A stretch of DNA of 64,000 nt from Myxococcales bacterium (lineage in GTDB: Bacteria; Myxococcota_A; UBA9042; JABWCM01; BTVJ01): positions 49,326 through 113,325 of the forward strand of contig BTVJ01000018.1 in the NCBI GenBank assembly GCA_045863395.1. Direction: 5' to 3'. The number at the start of each line of letters is the position of its first letter. Position 1 is the first letter of the stretch. The notes beneath the pieces are model-generated. The model saw only the letters and a program-made list of their open reading frames with translations. It had not been told where the DNA came from and searched no databases. The position numbers were made by a program, and so were the translations under genes. This document shows positions 1 through 9,064 of the stretch, one piece after another.

Positions 1-470
1 CAGTAGAGAGCCGGCACGCTCTTCTTGTCGACGACCTTGAGTGCCTTGTCGAAGGGCTCGCTGGCACACACCCGCTTCCTGAACTCGGCGTTCTTGCCAC
101 GCAGGGCCACCTCGGCCCAGTAGGTGCCCTTCTCGAAGGCGGCGAGCATGTCGGCCTTCTTCTCCTCGTCGAACCGCAGGTGCCCGTCCCCGAGGAAGTA
201 CCAGGCCCGCGACAGGCGCACCATCAGGTCCGTGTTGGACGGGTCGATCTGGACGGCGCGGTCCCAGGCCTCGATGGCCTTCCGCAGCTCCGCCGGGTCG
301 CTGCGCTTCGCCCAGTGGGCCTCGCCCTCCTTCTCCGCCGCGCCGGCGTCCCCTTGGAGCGTCCCCTTCGAGTAGAGGTCGTCGGCGCAGAGCCCCGACT
401 GGCGCGACGCGCCGCACGCGGTGAGGGTCGCGAGGACGGCGATGGTGGCCGCCGTCATGATGCTACGCAT
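1..470 (-). CDS. TPR lipoprotein, probably TRAP transporter TatT-component-like (runs off window edge)
   Basis: Missing from the ORF track and translated by hand from ATG 470 (SD GGAG): MRSIMTAATIAVLATLTACGASRQ...AELRKAIEAWDRAVQIDPSNTDLMVRLSRAWYFLGDGH...VPALYW. Lipobox LTAC, TPR-like helices. Confidence 0.65.
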   Translation of the reverse strand, partial: MRSIMTAATIAVLATLTACGASRQSGLCADDLYSKGTLQGDAGAAEKEGEAHWAKRSDPAELRKAIEAWDRAVQIDPSNTDLMVRLSRAWYFLGDGHLRFDEEKKADMLAAFEKGTYWAEVALRGKNAEFRKRVCASEPFDKALKVVDKKSVPALY

Positions 471-540
471 GGTCTTCTCCTTCCTCGGGCTGGCGACGAA
501 GCTCGTGCCGTCTGTCTATGCGGGTGTCCGTCGGCGAACC

Positions 541-570
541 GTTATACCCGGCGCCGCTGGAACCGGTCAA
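541..570 (-). promoter_or_regulatory. sigma70-type promoter for the TPR lipoprotein gene
   Basis: Minus strand TTGACC-N18-TATAAC. Confidence 0.5.
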
Positions 571-600
571 CCTGAAACCGGAATGCGCCCCAGCGCGACC

Positions 601-1164
601 CTACCAAGCGAGCCGGGATGCGATGGCCGTGACCGTATACAGGATGGCGAGCCAAATGAAGTACACGGCCCCCACGAAGGGCCAGCGCTTCTCCTCGGGG
701 ACGCCGTAGAACGTGGGCGCGGCCACGTACACGAGCCATGCACCGTAGCCGACGCCGGCGAACATCAGGTACTCGCCGAAGGTCAGCCGCAGGATCATGA
801 GCAGCGCGCTCAGCGCAGCGACCGCCGCGATGGGGAAGCTCGCCCAGGCGAAGAGGCGTACCCCGTTGTCCCCAGCCGCCCGCGCCCCGAAGTACGGCAC
901 GAGCAGGTCGACCACCCGGGCCATGGCGAAGACGGCGCCGATGACGGCGCCGATCTGCAGCACTGCGAACACCAGGAAGTACCCGAGGAGCCCATAGGTG
1001 AGGCCCGCGATGACGATGAGCGCCATGGCCACGCTCAACGCGAGGGCCAGCTCGATGATCGCCTGCTGCTTGTCCTCGGGGGCCGTGTAGAGCCGGTCCC
1101 AGGTCACGGGTGTGGGCTTGGTCAAGATCTCGATGGCCCTCGCCAGCACGGCCTGGTAGCTCAC
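601..1164 (-). CDS. Yip1-family multi-pass membrane protein
   Basis: 187 aa, about 5 hydrophobic helices, N-terminal 'ILTKP..TW' pattern typical of bacterial Yip1 proteins. GTG start with SD AAGGGAG. Confidence 0.7.
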   Translation of the reverse strand: MSYQAVLARAIEILTKPTPVTWDRLYTAPEDKQQAIIELALALSVAMALIVIAGLTYGLLGYFLVFAVLQIGAVIGAVFAMARVVDLLVPYFGARAAGDNGVRLFAWASFPIAAVAALSALLMILRLTFGEYLMFAGVGYGAWLVYVAAPTFYGVPEEKRWPFVGAVYFIWLAILYTVTAIASRLAW

Positions 1165-1192
1165 GACGCACTCCCTTGCCGGGTGCCCCCGA

Positions 1193-2680
1193 CTACTTCA
1201 GCAAGAAGACCATCTCCGAGTTTCCAATGCGGATCTCGTCGCCGTCCTTCAGGAACTGCTTGGTGATCTTGCGACCGTTGACCAGCACCCCGTTGGTCGA
1301 GCCGAGGTCCGCGAGCTCGTAGCGCAGATCCTCGATCTTGATGCCCGCGTGGCGCCTCGACACAGACGAGTCGTCGATGACGATGGAGTTGCCCTCCATG
1401 GACCCGATGGTCGTGACGGCCTCGGTCAGGTAGTACTCCATGCCCGCGCAGGGCCCCTTCGTGACCTGCAGCCGGCCACGGCTCGGCCCCTGCGGACCCG
1501 ACTCGATGACGACGACCTCGGGCTCGGGGGGGGGCCGCTCCGCGCGGCGGCGCAGGTAACCGGCGATCAGCTTGTAGATGAGGATCAGCAGGATGAGGCC
1601 GCCGAGCCCAATCCCGATCCACATGAGCAGCGTCTTCCACGCGAAGGGCTTCTCAGCCAGGTGCACGTCGCGGTCGGCCACGGTGGTCAGCTCCGCGCCC
1701 GCGACCTTCGCCTTCATCTGGAACTTGACGCGCCGCCCACCGTCCAGGTCCTCCGGCTTGAGGGTGACCACGTACTGGCGCTTGATCTGCTCGGCGAGCT
1801 CCTCCCACGTCCGCTCGATGTCCGACCGGCTGGACTCGTCCGAGAGCAGCAGCGAGAAGCCGTTGGTCTTGTTGGAGAGGTCGCGCAGCGCGGGCAGGCC
1901 CTTCGTGGCGATGGTCGCATACCCGAGGCTGTAGACACGGATCCCCGACTCGGACGCCGTCTTGGCGATGTCGTCCACGAGCTTGCTGATCCGCTGCGGG
2001 TCCTTCTCCAGCTTGGAGTCGAGCCCGTCGGACATGATGACGATGACCTTCCGCCGCGTGGTGTCCAGGCGCCCGAACTCGTCCCGGATGCCCGCCCCGA
2101 GCTCACGCAGGAGCCGCTCGTAGAGGTTCAGATCCACCGACTTGTTCGGGTCTGGCTCCAGCCCCTCGTCGTCGTAGGTCTTGAGCTCGATACGCTCGAT
2201 GTCGTCGCCGGTCTTGGGGCCGCCCTCCTGGAAGGAGAGCTTCCGCTGGAAGTCCTTCTCGTCGTAGACCCACAGGGCCACGCGGTCGGTGGGGCGCAAG
2301 CGCTGCGCGAGCTTCTGCGCGCCGGCGATCCCGACCTTCAGGGGGGGCGCCTGGAGGGTGTCAGCGTTGATGCGGTAATCGAAGTTCGCGCCGATGATTA
2401 CCGCGACCGCCACGGACTCGGGCGTCTCGAAGTAGGGCTCGACCTTGATCGACCCCGTGATGGCCTTGTCGTCGATCAGGATGGTCAGCGCATCGGGCGC
2501 CAGGTCGGGCACCACCCGGCCATCGTCGTCGAGCAGGTCGACGAAGAAGCGGATCTCATTGCGCTCCACGAACCGCGTCGCGTCGATGTCGTCGATGCGG
2601 AAGGACTTTGCAGCCGCGGGCACGGCAAGCGCGACCAGGGTCGCTCCGACGAGCATCAGGAGGGTGCGTGCTCTGATCAT
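1193..2680 (-). CDS. Signal peptide - VWA-like domain - TM helix - cytoplasmic FHA domain protein
   Basis: Signal peptide (…VPAAA). VWA-like 'RKVIVIMSDG', 'GIRVYSLGY', 'LSNKTNG'. TM WIGIGLGGLILLILIY. C-terminal FHA (IGS…VSRRHA…DLGSTNG). Confidence 0.85.
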   Translation of the reverse strand: MIRARTLLMLVGATLVALAVPAAAKSFRIDDIDATRFVERNEIRFFVDLLDDDGRVVPDLAPDALTILIDDKAITGSIKVEPYFETPESVAVAVIIGANFDYRINADTLQAPPLKVGIAGAQKLAQRLRPTDRVALWVYDEKDFQRKLSFQEGGPKTGDDIERIELKTYDDEGLEPDPNKSVDLNLYERLLRELGAGIRDEFGRLDTTRRKVIVIMSDGLDSKLEKDPQRISKLVDDIAKTASESGIRVYSLGYATIATKGLPALRDLSNKTNGFSLLLSDESSRSDIERTWEELAEQIKRQYVVTLKPEDLDGGRRVKFQMKAKVAGAELTTVADRDVHLAEKPFAWKTLLMWIGIGLGGLILLILIYKLIAGYLRRRAERPPPEPEVVVIESGPQGPSRGRLQVTKGPCAGMEYYLTEAVTTIGSMEGNSIVIDDSSVSRRHAGIKIEDLRYELADLGSTNGVLVNGRKITKQFLKDGDEIRIGNSEMVFLLK

Positions 2681-2711
2681 GGCCTCTCGGGTGGGTGTGG
2701 GCGGTGGAGGG

Positions 2712-3434
2712 TCAATACAGCGACTTGAACTTCAGCTCCGTCCTGCCGAGCCGGATCTTGTCGTTGTCGATCAGCTCCTCCTTGGAGATGCGACGATCAT
2801 TCAGATAGGTGCCGTTGGTCGAGTCCAGGTCGATGAGCGTGAACCGCCCGTTCTCGTGCCGGATGGCCGCGTGCTTCGACGACAGGTAGGCGTCGGTCAG
2901 CACGATGTCGCAGTCCGCCGCCGTGCCGATGACGTTGCGCCCCGTGACCAGGCGGAAGTCGTGGCCACGGTGCGCGCCGCCCAGCGCAACGATCCAGCCC
3001 ACGCAGTCCTGTGCCCGGTCATCCATGATCTCCGAGACGTTGACCATCTGGGTCTTGTCGCTCTCGGAGAACTGCTCCACCGCCGCCTGCTGTGCGCGCT
3101 GCTGCTGCGGGGCCTGCTTCTGGCTACTCTTCTTCTTTCCGAAGAACCCCATGCCCTTCTCACCGCCCTGCTTGGTGTCCTGAGCAGCCCCGCCCTTCTT
3201 CTCCCCCTGAGCCGCCTGTCCCGCCTTCTCGCCGGCCTTCTGTCCGCCGCCCTTCTGGCCCTTGATCTTGGCCTGCAGCGCCTGCCCCGGCTTGTCCACC
3301 GCGGCGTTGAACTTGGAGGCCGCCTTGCTCTTCGCCTGGGCCTGGGCCGAATAGATCTTCCCTTTGACCCTCGCCTGTGCGCTGGATGTGCGCGACCGGA
3401 CAAGTCCCTTGAAGAAGTCGATGATCACCTGCAT
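2712..3434 (-). CDS. FHA-domain protein with Lys/Ala/Gln/Gly-rich N-terminus
   Basis: C-terminal FHA (IGT…LSSKHA…DLDSTNGTYLN). Start set at ATG 3434 (MQVIIDFFK). Confidence 0.85.
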   Translation of the reverse strand: MQVIIDFFKGLVRSRTSSAQARVKGKIYSAQAQAKSKAASKFNAAVDKPGQALQAKIKGQKGGGQKAGEKAGQAAQGEKKGGAAQDTKQGGEKGMGFFGKKKSSQKQAPQQQRAQQAAVEQFSESDKTQMVNVSEIMDDRAQDCVGWIVALGGAHRGHDFRLVTGRNVIGTAADCDIVLTDAYLSSKHAAIRHENGRFTLIDLDSTNGTYLNDRRISKEELIDNDKIRLGRTELKFKSLY

Positions 3435-3541
3435 GTGCGAGCTGCCCAGCGTCGAGGTATCAGCGATCAGGCGAGTGACGTCAAGATCGTCGCACAGGCC
3501 CCCCCCGCGGTCAAGGACACTCGCCCCCGGGGCAAGCCGTG

Positions 3542-5083
3542 CTACGCAGGCTGGTACGCCCACACGTGGAACATGTTGATGTCACGCGCCGCGCTCCGGT
3601 ACGTGAAGCGGATCTGGACCTGGTCCTCCTCGATCATGTCACCGGGGATGATGTACGGCCAGTTGCGCCACCGGTACTTGCGATCCTTACCCGTCACGGC
3701 CCACGGCTCCGCCTTCTTGCCGTTGACCAGCGCGTCGGCCTGCCAGTCGCCGTGCGTGTAGTCGATGCGGAACACGAGGATGAGCTGCCGCCCGAGCTTC
3801 ACGTTCTTGATGGTGAACTGGCAGGTGCCGCCCTCGAAGGCCACGCCCTCGTCCTTGACCGCGGTGCCCTCCTCGGTGTCCGGGTACTTGAACTGCTGGC
3901 GCGAGCGGTATTGGTCGGTGAAGTCCCTGATCTCGAAGGCGTGGGCGCCCTCGCTCTGCGCGTTGAGCACGTCGATCTCGTCGCACATGAGGAAGGTGGA
4001 CCCGTCGAGCTTCAGCTCCTTCTCGAAGGGCGCGCTGCGGATCTTGATCTTGTCCCAGGCGACCTCCGCCTGGGCCGCCTCCAGCCGGGGGGCCTCCTTG
4101 GCGCGCAGCTTGTGCTCGAACAGGCCCTGCAGGGCCTCGCACGCCTTGGTCTGGAACCCGATGATGTGGTTCACCAGATCCATGCCCGTCTTGTCCTCCT
4201 GGTAGATGTTCCGGAGGTAGCGGATCTGGTTGCCGTAGTTGGCGAACTCCCGGGTGGAGGCGTGCTGCGGGTGCTGCGTCTCCAGCTCGCGGATCATCTC
4301 CTCTTCCAGGTCGATGAGCCGCAGGTTCATCCGCGGCAGGTTCCGCAGGTCGATCTGGTTGCACATCAGCAGCATCTCGACGGTCAGGTAGGCGTAGAGC
4401 ACGTCGCCCGCCCGGCGGATGTCCAGGTCGTGGTACAGGTACGAGTAGGTGGTCACGGCGAGCTTCGCGAGCTGCTGGATCCGGAAGATGGTGTACGGAT
4501 CGAGGAAGGTCCCCACGACTCCGGCGATGGGCACGAAGCGCAGATCCAGCTCGTTCTCGCGCGGATCGTGCGGGTTCTTGGCGTCCGAGAGCTTCTTGAC
4601 GTCCGACGTCAATGCCACGCGGGCAAGCTCGATCTCGCGGTTGAGATCGGGCTCCACGGCCGTCCACTCGATGCGGGACTTCTCGCTGATCCGCTTGTGG
4701 CCCTTGAACTCCGGGTTCTCCTTGTAGGCCACGTAGTCCGTGGGCTCCTCCAGGTAGCGGAGCACCAGGTACACGGTCTGCGGGAGCTTGAAGTCCGTGG
4801 GGTTCAGGACCTTGATCTCCGGCTCCGGGCGCCAGATGTCGCTGCCGGTGCCGTCGATGGCATAGCCGGGCTGGATCTCCACCGCCAGCTCGTTGCGCCC
4901 ACGCGCCGACACGCGCAGCCCGCCCGTCGCGGTCAGCACCACGCCCGGGCCATGGAACATGCGGTTGTGCAGCCGGTGCTTGTCGACGTGGTAGCGCTCC
5001 GCGTCGTTCCAGTCGTGCTCCGTGGTCATGAAGCCACGGAAGAAGTTGATCCTCTTGAACACCGCGCCGCCGTTGTCGGCCAT
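3542..5083 (-). CDS. CIS baseplate-associated / tail-fibre-like protein with C-terminal beta-sandwich
   Basis: N-terminus KRINFFRG…YH…RLHNR…HGPGVV…GLRV…IQPGYAIDGTG, the pattern of eCIS baseplate/fibre-attachment proteins. Directly downstream of the baseplate genes. SD AGGAG. Confidence 0.7.
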   Translation of the reverse strand: MADNGGAVFKRINFFRGFMTTEHDWNDAERYHVDKHRLHNRMFHGPGVVLTATGGLRVSARGRNELAVEIQPGYAIDGTGSDIWRPEPEIKVLNPTDFKLPQTVYLVLRYLEEPTDYVAYKENPEFKGHKRISEKSRIEWTAVEPDLNREIELARVALTSDVKKLSDAKNPHDPRENELDLRFVPIAGVVGTFLDPYTIFRIQQLAKLAVTTYSYLYHDLDIRRAGDVLYAYLTVEMLLMCNQIDLRNLPRMNLRLIDLEEEMIRELETQHPQHASTREFANYGNQIRYLRNIYQEDKTGMDLVNHIIGFQTKACEALQGLFEHKLRAKEAPRLEAAQAEVAWDKIKIRSAPFEKELKLDGSTFLMCDEIDVLNAQSEGAHAFEIRDFTDQYRSRQQFKYPDTEEGTAVKDEGVAFEGGTCQFTIKNVKLGRQLILVFRIDYTHGDWQADALVNGKKAEPWAVTGKDRKYRWRNWPYIIPGDMIEEDQVQIRFTYRSAARDINMFHVWAYQPA

Positions 5084-5113
5084 GCGTCTCCTCCTGGAGG
5101 GGATACCCCGGGT

Positions 5114-6010
5114 CTATGGCTCCGCGGGCTCCTCGGGCGCCTCGTCCATGACGAGGCCGCTCCCGATGGCCGAACCCACGCCGATCTGCATGATGCCCAG
5201 GACCCCCGACTCGCGCCGCTTCTCGGCGAAATCGAGCCAGTAGATGGTGTGGGCGGGCTTCTCGTTCTGGATGATCTGATGGATCTTCATCAGGGCGTCC
5301 TCCGTGATCTCATCCGCCGCGAAGGGCAGCCGCACGATGAAGCAGTGCGACCGGTTCATGGGCGGCAGGATCACCGCGTCGACCCCCACGACGGAGGACA
5401 CCCCCACCTGGAAGCCCCTGTGGGGCCAGCGGTTCTCTTCCACCTCAGGGGCGAGGCCCGTGAAGATCTCGAGGAAGATGCGCAGCGCCCGCGCGGTGCC
5501 GCGGATGTTGTAGAGCTCTGCCGCCCGCCGGATCAGCCGCCGCTTGCGGTCCACCGGCCAGTCCGGGTCCAGCGTCAGCGCCAGCCAGGACGCGAGCCAC
5601 GGCAGGAAGTCCTCACGGGTCTCCAGGGGCCGGAAGAGCCGATCCATGGAGTCGATGTTCCCCTGCAGCGAGTCGTGCAGGTGGTGGAAGATCCACAGGT
5701 AGCGGCGCAGGAAGTCGCTGTCGACGCCCGTCCCGCTCATCTGGTACACGCTCGGCAGGTGCCGCACCAGGCTCTGCTTGATCACGTGGAGCTTGACCAC
5801 GGCGCTGGAGTCCACCATGTGGCCCCGCGGCGGATCCTGGGACACCACCGAGTCCTCCGCTCCGTAGCTCTCGGTGAAGTGCACCTGTCCCGGCGGAAAC
5901 CCGGCGCTCCGCAGAACGATCTGCGCGTCGTCCACGTGCAATCCGACCAGGTCGGGCAGGACGCGCTTGCGGCTGGGGAGCCGCGACGGGGTGGGTGTCT
6001 TGGTCGCCAC
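5114..6010 (-). CDS. PASTA domain fused to phage tail protein I / gp7-like baseplate wedge domain
   Basis: N-terminal VLPDLVG…AQIVLRSAGF…VVSQDPPRG…VKLHV (PASTA). C-terminal FLRRYL…FLPWLASWL…RRLIRRAAELYNIRGT (tail-I/TIGR02242-type). Confidence 0.85.
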   Translation of the reverse strand: MATKTPTPSRLPSRKRVLPDLVGLHVDDAQIVLRSAGFPPGQVHFTESYGAEDSVVSQDPPRGHMVDSSAVVKLHVIKQSLVRHLPSVYQMSGTGVDSDFLRRYLWIFHHLHDSLQGNIDSMDRLFRPLETREDFLPWLASWLALTLDPDWPVDRKRRLIRRAAELYNIRGTARALRIFLEIFTGLAPEVEENRWPHRGFQVGVSSVVGVDAVILPPMNRSHCFIVRLPFAADEITEDALMKIHQIIQNEKPAHTIYWLDFAEKRRESGVLGIMQIGVGSAIGSGLVMDEAPEEPAEP

Positions 6011-6013
6011 GGG

Positions 6014-9000
6014 CTACACGATCCTCTCGTGGGCCTTCTCGACGACCTCGACGCCCACGAGGTGAGGGAGCTCATCGGGAGCGAGCCGGAGCTGCTCCAC
6101 CTCGGTGCGCCTCTCGGAGTCGATGATCCGGACCAGATCCACGAAGTCGACGCCGTCGACGTTCTCGATGACGTGGTAGAGGTCCACCTTGAACACGGCG
6201 CGCCCGAAGGGCCAGCCCTTGCCGTCGCGTCCACCGGCCAGCGGGTTCAGGAAGCGCCACAGGTTGGCCTGGATGTCGCGCTTGATGCGGTCGCTGGACC
6301 CGGAGGACCGCCGCACGATGCGCACCTCCACGGACATCTCCACGTAGCGCGGCTTCACCACGTTGACGATGGTGGTCAGGAGCTTCCGCTCATTGAGGTA
6401 GGTGCGCACCCGGCGCAACAGCTCCGTCGACGGGATGGGCTTCTCCAGCAGGTTGGCCGTGCCATCCTGGAGGCGCGGCAGCTTCGGAACGACGATGACG
6501 GTCACCTGCCCCTCCCGGTCGGTGGAGGGGAGCGCCTTCACGCGCGCTACGCTGTTCGACGCCTCCCGGCTCAGCCACTCGAAGTCCTCCGCCGTCACGG
6601 CGCGGTTCCTGGACTTGAGCATGTGGGGACCACGCAGCTTGGCGTCCTCGACCGACTCCAGGTCGCAGCCGCCGCTCGCTGGGAACGGGTTGGTCACCGC
6701 GTCGAGATAGGAGAAGCTCTGCTTCATGACGGTGATCGTGTCGGCGGCAACGTTCCCCTCCACGCCGCCGCCCACCTGCCACGCGCTCGCGATGATGTTC
6801 TTCTCGCCCTTGGGTGGGACCATGCCGCGGGTGCCGTCGCCGAACCGGATCTCGCTGGTCACCGTGTCCTTGACGTAGTGCCTGCTGCGGGGGCCGCTGT
6901 CGTAGAGGTTGTCCACCTGATGCCACGTGATCAGGTACTCGGTCGTGAACTCAGGATCCTGTCGGAACGCGTCCTCCCCCTCCTCCGCTACGATGATGTC
7001 GATCTCGTCCCGCGAGGGGCGCTCGCGCTCCCGGATGACCACCCGCTGCCCGTCGAGCACCGGCGTCCGCGGGAAGGTGAACTTCTGGTTGGGCGTCCCC
7101 TGACTCGAGCCGAGGAGGCTGTCACGGAACGTCGAGATGTTCAGCGAGTAGCCGCAGTTGAGCAGAATCCGCTCCACGCGCGGCGGCACGTCGTAGCCGC
7201 CCATCTCCAGCCGCGCCCGCAGCCAGTAGAGGTTCTCGCCGAAGCGCTTGCTGGTGCGCAGGTCCTTGGGGCCCACGAACTGCACGAAGCCCGACTGCGT
7301 GAAGTTGTTCGTCCAGTCGTGCGGCAAGAGAGGGCTCCACGCCTTGCCCGACCAGTACTCCCAGACGACGCGCTGCTCGGCCGTCTCCCCCTCCAGCTCC
7401 GCGATCGCCCGAGGCTGCCGCCGCTGCCAGGCGCCGGACCGGCCAGGGAGGTTGCCGCCCGACGACTCGTCCACCGTGTGGAAGTAGATCTGGCACGTCG
7501 CGTTCGGGAATGGCTCGTTGAAGCCGAGGAAGATGGTCGGGCTCTCCTCGGCCACCGGCTGGAAGGCCTGGAAGGCGCGCCCCCCGCTCGCCGCCGTGGC
7601 CGTGTGGTCCGTGTACACGAAGTCGTTGAAGGACATGCAGTGCTTGAAGGGGCGGGGCTCCTCCGAGAAGCGGAACGCGATGGCCTTGAAGGTCGGGGGC
7701 CGCAGCGGCCGCTCGTCGCGCCACACCCACCGATCCTCGACGTTCTCGTAGGCGCCCGGCACGCCGTAGTCGCCCTGCTCCACGCGCACCCGCAGCCACA
7801 GCCCGGTCTCGTCGTTGACCCGTGTCGCCTCCAGGTTCTTGGGGCGCTGGAACGTGAGCACACCGGACTTGGTGAAGGCGTTGGTCCCGTCCTGGAAGCC
7901 ATACCAGCCTGGCTCGTCTGCCGGTACCCCGAAGGGAGTCGTCCGCCCGAGGAGGGTCCACTTCTTGCCGTTCCAGAACTCCCACCGCAGCTTCAGGTCC
8001 TGTGAAGCCACCGGGGCCTCGGCGACGCTCGGATCGCTGAGCTGCACCTCGATCTCGATGGTCGCGCCGTCCTGCGACAGGATGCTCTCGCACGCCACAT
8101 AGAACATGGCGTCGACTCGCGGCTCTCGGTCGAACGGCAGGAAGTTGCGGTCCATGTCTCGCGGCAGGAACAGGTCGCCGTCCACGTTGGCGATGGCGCG
8201 GTCCGGCGGCACCCCCTCGCCGCTGATCTCGAGGCGGCCGAAGACCGTCTCGATCATGGTCTCCTCGGCGGAGCGGGGCACCTCGATGAGGCGCCCGCGA
8301 ATCCAGTACTCCTCCGTATCGTTGACCATGGTCTTGGCCATGGTGGGCGGCCCCATGAACGCGACCATGTTCGGGTCGACGTCCTTCGGGTGCAGGTAGA
8401 GCTCCCGCCACCGCTCGCCGTTCCAGTACTCCCACTCCAGCAGGCGCGTCAGCTCCCGGTCGCTCCGGTGAGGGCAGTGGAACTGCACCGTGAGCACCGC
8501 GGCCTCGTTGAAGTTCTCGAAGCGCGGGTCCCCCAGGTAGATGTAACGATCGATGGCGCGGGTGCCCACGAACGGGTTGAAGCCGCCGCGCCCGCCGCGA
8601 GCCTCTTCGGTGACGTTGGTGATCAGGGTCTTGCCCGACTCCGGGTCGTGCTCCTGGACGACCACGCGCTGCATGACCGTGTTGACCACGGTCACGTCCT
8701 CCTCGGTCTCGAAGGCGATCGCGCGGCTCCCCGCCCCAGCCTTCGTGGAGAACGCGGACCCTCGCGGGATGGTCAACGAGTCGGTCTTGTCGCTGAGCGT
8801 GAAGGTCAGCAAGGCCCGCGCCGGCTGGGGCGGCTGGAGCGTCACCCCCATCAGATCCAGGAAGGCGAGGTAGTTCTTGTCCGGGACCCGGTTGAGCCGG
8901 TAGAGCGCCATCTCCATCATCCAGGCGAACAGCTCGATGAGCGTGATGCCCGGATCGCTGGCGTTGAAGTTGGTCCACTCCGGGCAGTACTGCGGGATCA

Positions 9001-9064
9001 GCCGGATCGCCTCGTCGACGATGTCCTCGAACTTCCGGTCGTCCAGGTTCGGCGTCGGGATCAT
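6014..9064 (-). CDS. Putative baseplate assembly protein (gp6/baseplate-J-like, eCIS Afp11/TIGR02243-type), 1016 aa
   Basis: PNLDDRKF…WTNFNASDPGITLIELFAW…YRLNRVP; IRFGDG..G.VP; GGG..GNV; RAVTAEDFE; GWPFGR. Confidence 0.93.
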   Translation of the reverse strand: MIPTPNLDDRKFEDIVDEAIRLIPQYCPEWTNFNASDPGITLIELFAWMMEMALYRLNRVPDKNYLAFLDLMGVTLQPPQPARALLTFTLSDKTDSLTIPRGSAFSTKAGAGSRAIAFETEEDVTVVNTVMQRVVVQEHDPESGKTLITNVTEEARGGRGGFNPFVGTRAIDRYIYLGDPRFENFNEAAVLTVQFHCPHRSDRELTRLLEWEYWNGERWRELYLHPKDVDPNMVAFMGPPTMAKTMVNDTEEYWIRGRLIEVPRSAEETMIETVFGRLEISGEGVPPDRAIANVDGDLFLPRDMDRNFLPFDREPRVDAMFYVACESILSQDGATIEIEVQLSDPSVAEAPVASQDLKLRWEFWNGKKWTLLGRTTPFGVPADEPGWYGFQDGTNAFTKSGVLTFQRPKNLEATRVNDETGLWLRVRVEQGDYGVPGAYENVEDRWVWRDERPLRPPTFKAIAFRFSEEPRPFKHCMSFNDFVYTDHTATAASGGRAFQAFQPVAEESPTIFLGFNEPFPNATCQIYFHTVDESSGGNLPGRSGAWQRRQPRAIAELEGETAEQRVVWEYWSGKAWSPLLPHDWTNNFTQSGFVQFVGPKDLRTSKRFGENLYWLRARLEMGGYDVPPRVERILLNCGYSLNISTFRDSLLGSSQGTPNQKFTFPRTPVLDGQRVVIRERERPSRDEIDIIVAEEGEDAFRQDPEFTTEYLITWHQVDNLYDSGPRSRHYVKDTVTSEIRFGDGTRGMVPPKGEKNIIASAWQVGGGVEGNVAADTITVMKQSFSYLDAVTNPFPASGGCDLESVEDAKLRGPHMLKSRNRAVTAEDFEWLSREASNSVARVKALPSTDREGQVTVIVVPKLPRLQDGTANLLEKPIPSTELLRRVRTYLNERKLLTTIVNVVKPRYVEMSVEVRIVRRSSGSSDRIKRDIQANLWRFLNPLAGGRDGKGWPFGRAVFKVDLYHVIENVDGVDFVDLVRIIDSERRTEVEQLRLAPDELPHLVGVEVVEKAHERIV

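Noticed and set aside
1193..3434. Kil/Tad predation locus
   Set aside because: FHA genes are present, but there is no secretin, CpaF ATPase, TadB/C or pilin in the window.
3539..8005. 1488-aa plus-strand ORF
   Set aside because: Antisense shadow of the baseplate genes in GC-rich DNA; it has no motifs, while the minus-strand proteins are recognisable.
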